55,666 bases of DNA from a virus: IMG/VR virus record IMGVR_UViG_3300027509_000003. One strand, 5' to 3'. Made by a program: the position numbers and the translations under genes. How positions within the stretch are numbered: the first letter of the stretch is position 1; each line of letters starts with the position of its first letter. A model generated the notes under the pieces. It worked only from the letters and a program-made list of their open reading frames with translations, did not search any database and was not told the origin of the DNA. This document shows positions 1 through 7,869 of this stretch, piece after piece.

Positions 1-127
1 CGCCGTTTCCGGGGTCGGGGGCAGTGTCGGTGCCGGTTCGGTGGTTGCGTCGATCTCCGGCGATCCTGCGGCGTTCACGGGTTCAGTCGTTGGTTCTGTG
101 GTGGTCATGGTCATCACGCGCCCTTCA
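1..127. repeat. Terminal direct repeat copy 1 (assembly overlap of a circular or permuted genome)
   Basis: Identical to 55540..55666 by direct reading. It lies inside coding sequence (the 5-prime end of recT and the last codons of the Gam-like gene), so it is unlikely to be a physical genome end. Confidence 0.9.
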
Positions 128-938
128 AGTCGAATTTGCGGTCAGTGACCATGGACGCTCCCGGAATGATCTGCAGCGAATCCAGGTAGACCAGTTCGCC
201 GCCGGAAGTCCGGTCGGTGTACGCCGACAACGGCACCTCGCCTTTGACGTACTCGAATCGGTCAGGGTCCGTCGGCGGGACAGGTTCGTCCATCGTCCAA
301 TCGGTTCGGATCGGGATGGCCACCAACCGGTTCCCGACGCTGTTCGGTTCGGTGATCGGCCATCCAGGATCCGCGACCATGGCCTCGCCGGACTTGACCA
401 TTGCCGCCAGTTTGGATTTGGTGACCAGATGATGGGACTCGGTCCACGGCGTCGGATGTTCGACCCGGAGCTGCGCCGGGTGGGTCACCACCGTGGCGCC
501 CTTGTCGTCTTCGGTGATCACCTGAAAAACGACTTTGGTGGATTGTCGGGCCGTCAACGTCGCATCGACCAGTTTCACCGTTGACGGGATCGCCCGCCGG
601 CGCGCCGAATCGGTGACCGTTTCCCCGGCTGCTTCCCGGGCCTCGATCGTGTCCTCAGCGTCGCGGACCTGGGCACGATGCCATCCCATCAGCGTCGACT
701 CCAAAGTAGCGATCTGATTATTCACCCCGGACACCATGTCTTCGCGGCGGTCGACCAGTTCCTTTATGCGCCGGTCGAAATGCTCGGCCAGCTGGTTGCG
801 TTCCCGGGTCCGGTACTTCAACCACCGGGCGAACTTCTCGGCGGTTTCCTGGTCTGTGAGTTCGGGCAGTTCATCAGCGGTGAGCGGGTCGTCGCCGGCG
901 TCCTGCATCAGTAGTTCTTCGAACGTTGCGTCATCCAT
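114..938 (-). CDS. Gam-like (Mu Gam family architecture) recombination accessory protein, putative
   Basis: 274 aa from ATG 938 (MDDATFEELL), with AAGGA upstream and an 8-nt overlap with the helicase stop. N-terminal coiled coil (AEKFARWLKYRTRERNQLAEHFDRRIKELV) followed by a beta-rich half. Its stop overlaps the recT start across the circular junction. Confidence 0.45.
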   Translation of the reverse strand: MDDATFEELLMQDAGDDPLTADELPELTDQETAEKFARWLKYRTRERNQLAEHFDRRIKELVDRREDMVSGVNNQIATLESTLMGWHRAQVRDAEDTIEAREAAGETVTDSARRRAIPSTVKLVDATLTARQSTKVVFQVITEDDKGATVVTHPAQLRVEHPTPWTESHHLVTKSKLAAMVKSGEAMVADPGWPITEPNSVGNRLVAIPIRTDWTMDEPVPPTDPDRFEYVKGEVPLSAYTDRTSGGELVYLDSLQIIPGASMVTDRKFDLKGA

Positions 939-2439
939 TGTTGTTGTCCTTTGGGTTGGTTGGTTGTTGGTTGTTGGTTGGCTCCGGGGGTCGGAACCCG
1001 AACTCTTTTGGTACCTCGGAAACGTCGAGGCAAGTTTGCGCGCGGGTCGCGGCCACATACAACAGCCGGATCTCCTCGAGCGTGATCTCTTTGTCGGGGA
1101 CCATCCCGAAGTCATGGTGCAGCCGGACCGACGGCCACTGCGCGCCCTTCACTTTGTGGGCGGTCGACGTGATCAGCGTGGCGTCGCTTTCATACGGTTG
1201 GTTCGCCATCGCCGCGATCGTTTCCCACCCGAATTTTTCGACCAGGTCCACCGACAAAGCCAACTCGAACCCCAAGGCGTCTTCCTCGACATAGTCCAGG
1301 ACCTGCTGCCAAGACTGGAAGCACCCCAGGTCCGGGTGGTCAGACGATCCGAGCGCCATGAGCTCGCCGGCCGCCCGAGCGAACCGGACCATTTCCGCGG
1401 TGCCGCCCATCACGTGAGGGTCACCGCCGGCTTCCTTGTGGTCCAAGGCCACAGTCATCGCTCCAGCGTTGGTTCGGCACAGCACCGCGTCAGGCGCTCC
1501 GGGCGCCGGGCCTGTGCCGTGCACTGATCCGTTGGGGCCGGCGCCGATCAGGCGCAGGTTCGTCAACGCTGCCAGCTGGTAGTTCGCGACAGAAGCAATC
1601 GTTTCGCCGAACCTGAACGACTGGGTGATCTCACCGACCGGGATGGTCGGCGCTTCCTTGCGGATCCGGGCCAGCGCATCTATCGCCCCGGTGAACCCGT
1701 AGATCGCCTGGTTCGGGTCGCCGACCATGACCAGCTGACACGGCTGGGTCATGATCACCGACGCCATGACCGGGCTGACGTCCTGGGCTTCGTCAAACAT
1801 CAGGGTGTCACAGTTCAAGGTCGGGGCGGACAGCTGCCATTCTTTCAAGTAGTAGGCGTGGTCATAGGGCAGCGTCCCGTTGGGGTCGGTGCCGTCCTCC
1901 CATACCGACTCAGCAAACGGGATCACATGGGAACACCACCAGGACCACGTCGCCGGGTCCAACGCCAGATCCACCAGCGGGGGGACATGCTCCGGGCCGA
2001 TGTTCTGAGAATCAGACTGGCAGAACCGGCGGACCGTGGCCACCGCCTGACCGGCCACGAACCCGGGGGAATAGCCGCGTTGGGTGCCGTCGTCCAAAGT
2101 GACCCGCACGCTCTTCGCCCCCAAGCGTTGCCCGATCTTGTGTTGCGGCATCCGCGGGGAATCAAACCGGTCTTTGAACGGCATCCCATGAGTGCGGAAC
2201 GCGAGACCGTGGACCGTTGACACGCGGGCGATGCCATCAAATTTCTGTTTGGCTTCGGTGACGATCTTCTTATTGAAGGCCGTGTAGATCACTTTGCCCG
2301 AAAGCTGTTCAGCGGCTTTGACCAGCGTCGACGTTTTCCCGGTGCCGGCCAACGCTTCCACAATCATGGAATCGCCGCCGGCGACAGTGTCGACAATGAA
2401 CGATTGCTGATCAGTCAACGCGAAATGAGGTTCGGTCAT
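931..2439 (-). CDS. SF1 DNA helicase (UvrD/PcrA-like)
   Basis: 502 aa. Walker A ALAGTGKTST, Walker B LMFDEAQD, GDPNQAIYGF, and C-terminal STAHKVKGAQWPSV and LLYVAATRA motifs. ATGA overlap with the upstream gene. Confidence 0.8.
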   Translation of the reverse strand: MTEPHFALTDQQSFIVDTVAGGDSMIVEALAGTGKTSTLVKAAEQLSGKVIYTAFNKKIVTEAKQKFDGIARVSTVHGLAFRTHGMPFKDRFDSPRMPQHKIGQRLGAKSVRVTLDDGTQRGYSPGFVAGQAVATVRRFCQSDSQNIGPEHVPPLVDLALDPATWSWWCSHVIPFAESVWEDGTDPNGTLPYDHAYYLKEWQLSAPTLNCDTLMFDEAQDVSPVMASVIMTQPCQLVMVGDPNQAIYGFTGAIDALARIRKEAPTIPVGEITQSFRFGETIASVANYQLAALTNLRLIGAGPNGSVHGTGPAPGAPDAVLCRTNAGAMTVALDHKEAGGDPHVMGGTAEMVRFARAAGELMALGSSDHPDLGCFQSWQQVLDYVEEDALGFELALSVDLVEKFGWETIAAMANQPYESDATLITSTAHKVKGAQWPSVRLHHDFGMVPDKEITLEEIRLLYVAATRAQTCLDVSEVPKEFGFRPPEPTNNQQPTNPKDNNNG

Positions 2440-2702
2440 TGGGAGCCCCCATCGGATACCATTGCCGGTGGCGGGGTCGACGTGGAGTAGTTGGGGTGTT
2501 GTCCTGATGGGTCACGGTCGGCCCCGTCCTCGCGTCCCAACGCTTCGATGACATCATCGAGATCGAATCGTCGGTGGCCTCCCGGCGTCAGAGAAGCAAC
2601 CGGGATCCTGCCAGCCTTGGCCAAGCGCAGGATCGTCGCCCGGGACAGGCGCATCTCTTTCGCTAAACCGGTCGATGTGAGCAGATCATTGCCGGTTGTC
2701 AC
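2436..2702 (-). CDS. MerR/excisionase-family (HTH_17-like) DNA-binding protein
   Basis: 88 aa with a GTG start in a GTGA overlap. LLTSTGLAKEMRLSRATILRLAKAGRIPVASLTPGGHRRFDLDDV fits the excisionase/MerR N-terminal HTH pattern. Confidence 0.6.
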   Translation of the reverse strand: MTTGNDLLTSTGLAKEMRLSRATILRLAKAGRIPVASLTPGGHRRFDLDDVIEALGREDGADRDPSGQHPNYSTSTPPPAMVSDGGSQ

Positions 2703-3172
2703 GGGGTCGTCCCCAATTCGTCGTTGACCGCCGCTGCCATCCGCAGGCCTTCGACGAAGTCGCCGGTACGAACGTCGACGATGATCAACACGTCGGCGTC
2801 GTCATGGTCAGCGATGTCAGCGGGCGAGTAGTACTCCTCGAACAGTTCCCACGCCGGGCCCTCATGAACAGGGATCGGGATCCGGATCCGGGCCCAGTGC
2901 GAGTTCTGGATATAGGCCAGTTCAGCAACGGTCTTCGCATAAGCGGTCGATCCGTGCATGAACCACATGCTGCGAAGCATTCGATGGGCGATCACGAACT
3001 GTCGGGTTGCGATCTCATCCAGACGATCTTCGGGGGTGAACTGCCGGACCGATTCATAGTCCAGCCCGTCGTTGTAGATCTCTTCGTACAGGCCAGCAAC
3101 GTGGCCGGCGTCCAGGTTCATCCCGGCAGCGATGTCAGCCAGGCTGAACGTTTCGGGTTTAGGTAATGGCAT
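2699..3172 (-). CDS. Hypothetical acidic protein, first gene of the leftward recombination operon
   Basis: 157 aa from ATG 3172 (MPLPKPETF). The longer ORF reaching 3427 would run through the divergent control region. GTGA-coupled to the next gene. Confidence 0.6.
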   Translation of the reverse strand: MPLPKPETFSLADIAAGMNLDAGHVAGLYEEIYNDGLDYESVRQFTPEDRLDEIATRQFVIAHRMLRSMWFMHGSTAYAKTVAELAYIQNSHWARIRIPIPVHEGPAWELFEEYYSPADIADHDDADVLIIVDVRTGDFVEGLRMAAAVNDELGTTP

Positions 3173-3350
3173 GGCAGGGTCTCGTTTCGTAGTTGGTTGG
3201 TGTTGCCAACCACCACAATACACCCGAAACGTCCAAAGTGTCCAATACGTCCAATGTGTCCACGCAAAGTGACCGGAGTACTGACCGCGCAAGCATGGAT
3301 ACATCGACGGTAGAAATTCCACAGCGAATGTTGCACTATGGTCCCGACCC
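3173..3350. promoter_or_regulatory. Divergent control region with four tandem 9-bp GTCCA(A/C) units and an inverted repeat
   Basis: GTCCAA at 3231, 3240 and 3249 and GTCCAC at 3258 (TTGGAC on the minus strand). GGTTGG-N5-CCAACC at 3195-3211. TATGGT at 3337-3342 lies 8 nt before the rusA ATG. Confidence 0.5.
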
Positions 3351-3740
3351 ATGGATCTGACCCGAGTACTCCACATGAGACACATCGGGGAACCCGTCCC
3401 CAAAGACCGCCCCCGCTTCAACCGCAAAACCGGGAACGTCTACACCCCAAAACCCACCGTCGACGCTGAGAAGGCCTGGCGCTCATCGATGCGGGAACAA
3501 TGGGACCGACCCCACCCCATCGACCAAGAAGGGATCGTTGTCAGCCTCGCGTTCCATCTCGGCACGCACCGCCGGCGCAGCGACATCGACAACCTGATCA
3601 AACTGGTGTTGGACGCCGGCAACAAGATCATCTGGGCTGACGACTGGCTCGTGACCGGGTTCCACCGGGTGGCCCGCACCCGCGACAACATCAACCCGTG
3701 CACCGACCTCTCGGTCTACATCCCGAAAGGTTGGTCCTGA
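3351..3740 (+). CDS. rusA: RusA-family Holliday junction resolvase
   Basis: 129 aa. HRRRSDIDNLIKLVLDAGNKIIWADDWLV matches the RusA catalytic core (E. coli DRRRRDLDNLQKAAFDAL..WLDDAQV). One of only three plus-strand genes. Confidence 0.85.
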   Translation: MDLTRVLHMRHIGEPVPKDRPRFNRKTGNVYTPKPTVDAEKAWRSSMREQWDRPHPIDQEGIVVSLAFHLGTHRRRSDIDNLIKLVLDAGNKIIWADDWLVTGFHRVARTRDNINPCTDLSVYIPKGWS

Positions 3741-3973
3741 GCGACCGCCGCGGCCATGAGGCGATCACGTCGGATGCGCGCCGCGTATTGATTCACCGTG
3801 ACCAACTCAGAAAACCCGAACCCGTCCACCCACACGCCCGGACGATCTGACCAGAACCGTCGCCAACAGTTCACCAACGAATTCGGCTGAACAAGCACCC
3901 GCAAGGCAGGCACCGGACTGAATGTTTTCTCGGTCACCGGCACGCATGGGACCATGACACATCGCCCAGTCAT
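3716..3973 (-). CDS. Hypothetical protein downstream of the endolysin
   Basis: 85-aa ORF starting 4 nt after the amidase stop. Its 3-prime end overlaps rusA convergently by 25 nt. No motif recognised. Confidence 0.4.
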   Translation of the reverse strand: MTGRCVMVPCVPVTEKTFSPVPALRVLVQPNSLVNCWRRFWSDRPGVWVDGFGFSELVTVNQYAARIRRDRLMAAAVAQDQPFGM

Positions 3974-3976
3974 TTC

Positions 3977-4771
3977 TTAGACCACGTTCTCCTGGTGGTA
4001 GGTGGCCAGCGCAGCGAACCGCCGGCGGATCCTGGCCGACAACCGGTCGGTCTGTTCTTGGTTGCCTTCGGCGATCGCCGTTGCCAGAAGATCGGATTCG
4101 GTGACCCCCAACCGGTACGACATTTGGAGCACGTCGTACACGCTCGCCGGCACAGCGACCTGAGCGGCGCCCAACGCCGCTCCCAAACCGGGAACCCCCG
4201 AAGAAACCGGTGGGCGTGCAGGCCTCGGCGCTCCGCGTTGGATGTGGCTACGGAACGACGCTCCAGGGCACGCCGTCGACCCGACATCGCCATGACCGAT
4301 GATGCAGTTCCCCGGGCACGCCGACACCGCGACGCCGCCCAGCCACACCATCACCCGGTGCAAAGTCTCCTTCGCCGCGACAGTGAGCTCCTGACCGGTG
4401 ACCGACGTGTCCCCCGGATACACAATCGAGACAGTGGTGCTGTTCGCCGGGGTGTTCGCCCCGTTCTGATATTCGGCGCCGCGAAGATCCCAGAACCCGC
4501 CCCAAGGATCCAACCCCAAGTTGTACAGAACGTCGGTGCCGTTGAATTGCGGGGTCGTGTGCAACGCCTGAACCCGACGCCACAACGCCGGCATGTCACC
4601 GCTTGATGATGGCCACCAGCGGCGATCGCCGAAGTGGTGGCCGACAAGGTGCCGGTTGTTGGCAGGGTTGTCCACGGGTCGTTGCCGCCTCGACGGTCGG
4701 GCGTGCCAGTCGTCGCGAGTCATCTGAATCAGCGGCGCGTAACCATCGGGCATTGCAAGAGTGCGGGGCAT
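3977..4771 (-). CDS. Endolysin, N-acetylmuramoyl-L-alanine amidase (PGRP/Amidase_2 type)
   Basis: 264 aa. TRDDWHA, VGHHF, DVLYNLGLDPWGGFWDLRG and IIGHGDVGSTACPG are amidase_2 signatures. It has a C-terminal region of unknown function (roughly the last 90 aa) and follows two small membrane-protein genes. Confidence 0.8.
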   Translation of the reverse strand: MPRTLAMPDGYAPLIQMTRDDWHARPSRRQRPVDNPANNRHLVGHHFGDRRWWPSSSGDMPALWRRVQALHTTPQFNGTDVLYNLGLDPWGGFWDLRGAEYQNGANTPANSTTVSIVYPGDTSVTGQELTVAAKETLHRVMVWLGGVAVSACPGNCIIGHGDVGSTACPGASFRSHIQRGAPRPARPPVSSGVPGLGAALGAAQVAVPASVYDVLQMSYRLGVTESDLLATAIAEGNQEQTDRLSARIRRRFAALATYHQENVV

Positions 4772-4775
4772 GGGA

Positions 4776-4970
4776 TCAGTCCTTCTTTCGGATCATCCCT
4801 TCGAACCACTCGGGGATGTCTCCGGCAAGAGTACCCAAACCGATGCCCACAAGCAGATCGTCGTGAGGGAACGACGAACTGGTCAGGAACCGTCCGACGA
4901 TCAGCGTCATCACGATCACAAAAATCATGATGTTCAGCAGGTTCGCGTTCCCGGGTCTTATTTCTGTCAT
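4776..4970 (-). CDS. Holin-like small membrane protein
   Basis: 64 aa from ATG 4970 (ATGA overlap). Hydrophobic LLNIMIFVIVMTLIVGRFL and LLVGIGLGTLAG, charged C-terminus, directly upstream of the endolysin. Confidence 0.55.
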   Translation of the reverse strand: MTEIRPGNANLLNIMIFVIVMTLIVGRFLTSSSFPHDDLLVGIGLGTLAGDIPEWFEGMIRKKD

Positions 4971-5074
4971 CGTTTTTTCTTCCAATTTTTGAGACCGAAC
5001 CCGACGCCGAACCCCACCGCTATTGGGGCGACACCCAGGATCAATCCCAATGTGCTTGTTGCTATCAATGCCAT
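4967..5074 (-). CDS. 35-aa membrane protein (holin/antiholin-like)
   Basis: Absent from the ORF track because it is under 60 aa. MALIATSTLGLILGVAPIAVGFGVGFGLKNWKKKR has one TM helix and a basic tail. TAATG and ATGA coupling to both neighbours. Confidence 0.45.
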   Translation of the reverse strand: MALIATSTLGLILGVAPIAVGFGVGFGLKNWKKKR

Positions 5075-5295
5075 TATTGTTTCACCCCCTCCGACGATGC
5101 TTTGTCGAGCGGACCGATACCCGTTGGCATGTCCGGGTCGAGATCGAGCAGATCGTCGATTGCTGACCAATACTCTGACTCGTCGGTGTAGACGACTGCC
5201 CCATCCGGTGGCGGCGCGGCGTGCTCTCCTGGCCCGCCGGAACTGAACCCGGACCCGTCCGCGGCGTGGTGAATCCACCACACAATGCAGGTCAT
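5074..5295 (-). CDS. Hypothetical acidic protein
   Basis: 73 aa, with an ATGA overlap upstream and a TAATG overlap downstream. Confidence 0.55.
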   Translation of the reverse strand: MTCIVWWIHHAADGSGFSSGGPGEHAAPPPDGAVVYTDESEYWSAIDDLLDLDPDMPTGIGPLDKASSEGVKQ

Positions 5296-5939
5296 ACAAT
5301 CACCGGCCTTTTCGGGATAGTCAGAATCGATGCCATGGGCTCCGCTATAGCGACCGAAGCGAACGGGGCGCCGCCGGCGCCGCCGGCGACGGCTCTGGCC
5401 CGATAGCGAACTTGCGCTTCGATCGATTCGTTCTTATTGACAGGACCGCACCAGGTAGCCGCGCCGATGTACTGGGACTGGGTTCTTAGCGGCGTGGTGT
5501 TTCGTTCGTCAAAGTTCGCTCGGCCTGCAGAAAAGTTCGTGAACGCTGTTGACCCGTTGACCACTACCCGATAGTCAGCAATCAACGCCAGCCACGTGTT
5601 GCGTTGGCGCATCAGAGCCCACCCGAAAGACCAGTCCACGTCGGCGATGGCATCGCAGTCAGCGGTCATCGCCGTGATCGTTCTCCAAGTTCCGGCGATG
5701 TCTTGGAGCGCTCCGCCCGGCGGCAACGTCTGAGAGCCGTACACCCGGATTTGGTTCCGGGCGCAGCCCGGTTCGCAGAACCGGAGAATGACACCAACAA
5801 CACCGTCTTCGCATACCAGCTGAAACAGGGCGCCGTCATCTGGTGCTTGTTGTTGGGGTACAGACCCGCAAAGAACTCCGGGCGTGATGGGATTGTTCCC
5901 GCAGTTCGGGCACGGCGCGGCCAACGATTCAGCGACCAT
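5292..5939 (-). CDS. Cys-containing tail-tip/receptor-binding candidate
   Basis: 215 aa from ATG 5939 (TGATG overlap with the upstream stop). Last large gene of the tail block. 8 Cys by count. Confidence 0.45.
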   Translation of the reverse strand: MVAESLAAPCPNCGNNPITPGVLCGSVPQQQAPDDGALFQLVCEDGVVGVILRFCEPGCARNQIRVYGSQTLPPGGALQDIAGTWRTITAMTADCDAIADVDWSFGWALMRQRNTWLALIADYRVVVNGSTAFTNFSAGRANFDERNTTPLRTQSQYIGAATWCGPVNKNESIEAQVRYRARAVAGGAGGAPFASVAIAEPMASILTIPKRPVIV

Positions 5940-6778
5940 CAGAACCCCGTCGGCGTATTCCACACGACCTGTTGCTGGGTGGATTCCCAACCATCAAAAC
6001 AGATCGTGAAGTTACCGAGTTGGCTTTGCCCATTCACGCTTCCCGGTTCCACAGTGGTGGATTGCACCCAGGACAGGGCGGTGGTCATCGTCACAGACTG
6101 GAATGCCGGCACAATGAAGCACGGCCCGCGGATTTCGCGTGACTCGACGTGGGTCCCTACCCTGCTTGTCAGGATCCGGCAGTTCGGGTCCATCACCGCG
6201 AAGTCATTGAGCGAGAACCCAGCAGACGTCGAAACGGTGTTGTTCGCTGTCAAGATGTACGGAAACGCTGAGGCTTCCCATTCTGCTTCTTTGATATTGA
6301 TTGATGCTCGCAACACCAGGGGGTAGCACTGCGCTTCGATCGTGATCGTTTCCGTTTTGATCGGGATCGTACCCTCCTTCAATTCCACGGTCTGAGTTGC
6401 CCCGCCAGGGCTGCACAGACACACCGGCCGCGGCGCACGGTCCGCCCACAAGCACCAGGTCCCGTCCGGTTGCCGGAACCGGTACAGGCCGTGCTGGCAT
6501 GCAATCCGCTGGTTGGTCGTCTGGTCGAAAGCGCTTGGCGGGCCGTTGCTGGCCAACCCGCCGCCGGCATCGTCAGGTAGGTACGTGGCGAAATGATCGC
6601 AGATCGCTACGTCCAGGCCTGCTTCGCTGTAGTCCAGGCACCCGTCAGCGCCGGTAGTCGGAGGCTTCTCCCGGAGGACACCGTCATCGCACAGCCGCAC
6701 GAACGCAGTCGTTGTGTCAGCCGCGTCGCCAGGTTTAAGCCCGATCGTCGCTGATTCTTGCAAAGGGAAAACGGCCAT
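5939..6778 (-). CDS. Cys-rich tail-tip/fibre candidate
   Basis: 279 aa, 11 Cys by count. Third gene after the tape measure. Confidence 0.45.
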   Translation of the reverse strand: MAVFPLQESATIGLKPGDAADTTTAFVRLCDDGVLREKPPTTGADGCLDYSEAGLDVAICDHFATYLPDDAGGGLASNGPPSAFDQTTNQRIACQHGLYRFRQPDGTWCLWADRAPRPVCLCSPGGATQTVELKEGTIPIKTETITIEAQCYPLVLRASINIKEAEWEASAFPYILTANNTVSTSAGFSLNDFAVMDPNCRILTSRVGTHVESREIRGPCFIVPAFQSVTMTTALSWVQSTTVEPGSVNGQSQLGNFTICFDGWESTQQQVVWNTPTGF

Positions 6779-6804
6779 GAGGATCTAAGTATTGCCCACC
6801 GGCG

Positions 6805-7869
6805 TTACGGGGTGATTCTGGGCGGCCCGAGAACAGGGGACATCACCCGCATCTCGCAAGCGACTTCGGCGAACACCATCCCAGCAACGCGCATCCACCC
6901 ATCCACCCGCCCGCACCAGGTCTCCACGTCGACGTTGACGTGCAACCCCGGCCGGATCTCATTCAGGTCGAGCGGGAACCGGCACAAGCTCGCTGTCTTA
7001 GCGTCGCCACCAGTCAAGAAATCGCCGGCGCAATCCCCGGTCGATGATCGCAACGCGACACCATCAGCCTCGACCTGGGTGTCAACGTCGGAAACAATCG
7101 GGTCCCCATCAGACGAAGCGATCCATTCGATCAGCCCGCCGCACTCCGGGAGCACCGCGTCTTTCGTGTCTATCGGGAACGACCCGAGGCGTTGACCTCC
7201 TCCGCCGGCCGGGTCATACGGCACCCCGGTCAGTGTCCGGGCGGCGAACAGATCCTGGACCAAACCCAAAGACCGGCCGTCATCAGACCACGCCTGATTC
7301 GTGAGCGTCACGTCAGCCCGACCGTAATCATGCGGGCCGATCCACATTTCGTCGCCGATCACGAACCCTCGCACCAGCCCATCAAGCTGCTTCATTGCAG
7401 CCGAAATGTACCCGCCGATCTCATCAGGCGAACCCGCAGACACGCCCGCATCGTTGACGTTGAAAGTCTCAATGCCGGTCGGGTCGCATGCGCCGGCAGC
7501 CTCCATCAGCAAAAGGAACTGCTGGGCGGCGTCGCGGGACCCGGTGATCAACGTCCGGAGCAACCGCAGTTGATAGCGGGCCCACAAGGACCGGTCCGAT
7601 GCTGTCGCGTCGATCTTGCCGGGTTTCGAAGCGTCCCACTTCGTGAGCGGCCCCGCGTACAGGTCTTCCCCGCCGACGGTGACCACGAGCTCATCCCGGC
7701 CGACGACCGGAGACGCAGGGCAGCACCCCCACCCCAAACCTTCATAGTTCAGGTTCGCTTCGGCTACGCCGTCCTCGACCCATTCCCACGTCGTCGATCG
7801 GCCCTCTCCTGGCAGCAACGTTTCATCGCCCGTGAACCGGTTCACGATCCGCACCTCGGCACCGCTCAC
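6805..7869 (-). CDS. Minor tail protein (tail-tip, Tal position)
   Basis: 354 aa from GTG 7869 (GTGA overlap, GGAG 8 nt upstream). The ORF is open to 7893. Second gene after the tape measure. Confidence 0.5.
   Translation of the reverse strand: MSGAEVRIVNRFTGDETLLPGEGRSTTWEWVEDGVAEANLNYEGLGWGCCPASPVVGRDELVVTVGGEDLYAGPLTKWDASKPGKIDATASDRSLWARYQLRLLRTLITGSRDAAQQFLLLMEAAGACDPTGIETFNVNDAGVSAGSPDEIGGYISAAMKQLDGLVRGFVIGDEMWIGPHDYGRADVTLTNQAWSDDGRSLGLVQDLFAARTLTGVPYDPAGGGGQRLGSFPIDTKDAVLPECGGLIEWIASSDGDPIVSDVDTQVEADGVALRSSTGDCAGDFLTGGDAKTASLCRFPLDLNEIRPGLHVNVDVETWCGRVDGWMRVAGMVFAEVACEMRVMSPVLGPPRITP

Noticed and set aside
1-127. Terminal repeat read as a true DTR, an LTR or insertion-sequence ends.
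   Set aside because: The repeat is direct, sits within two coupled genes and has a length typical of an assembler k-mer overlap. No transposase or inverted ends are present.
2436-2702. Excisionase-like HTH protein taken as evidence for a temperate lifestyle.
   Set aside because: No integrase, repressor or attP-like feature was recognised anywhere in the closed genome. HTH_17-type proteins also act as general regulators.
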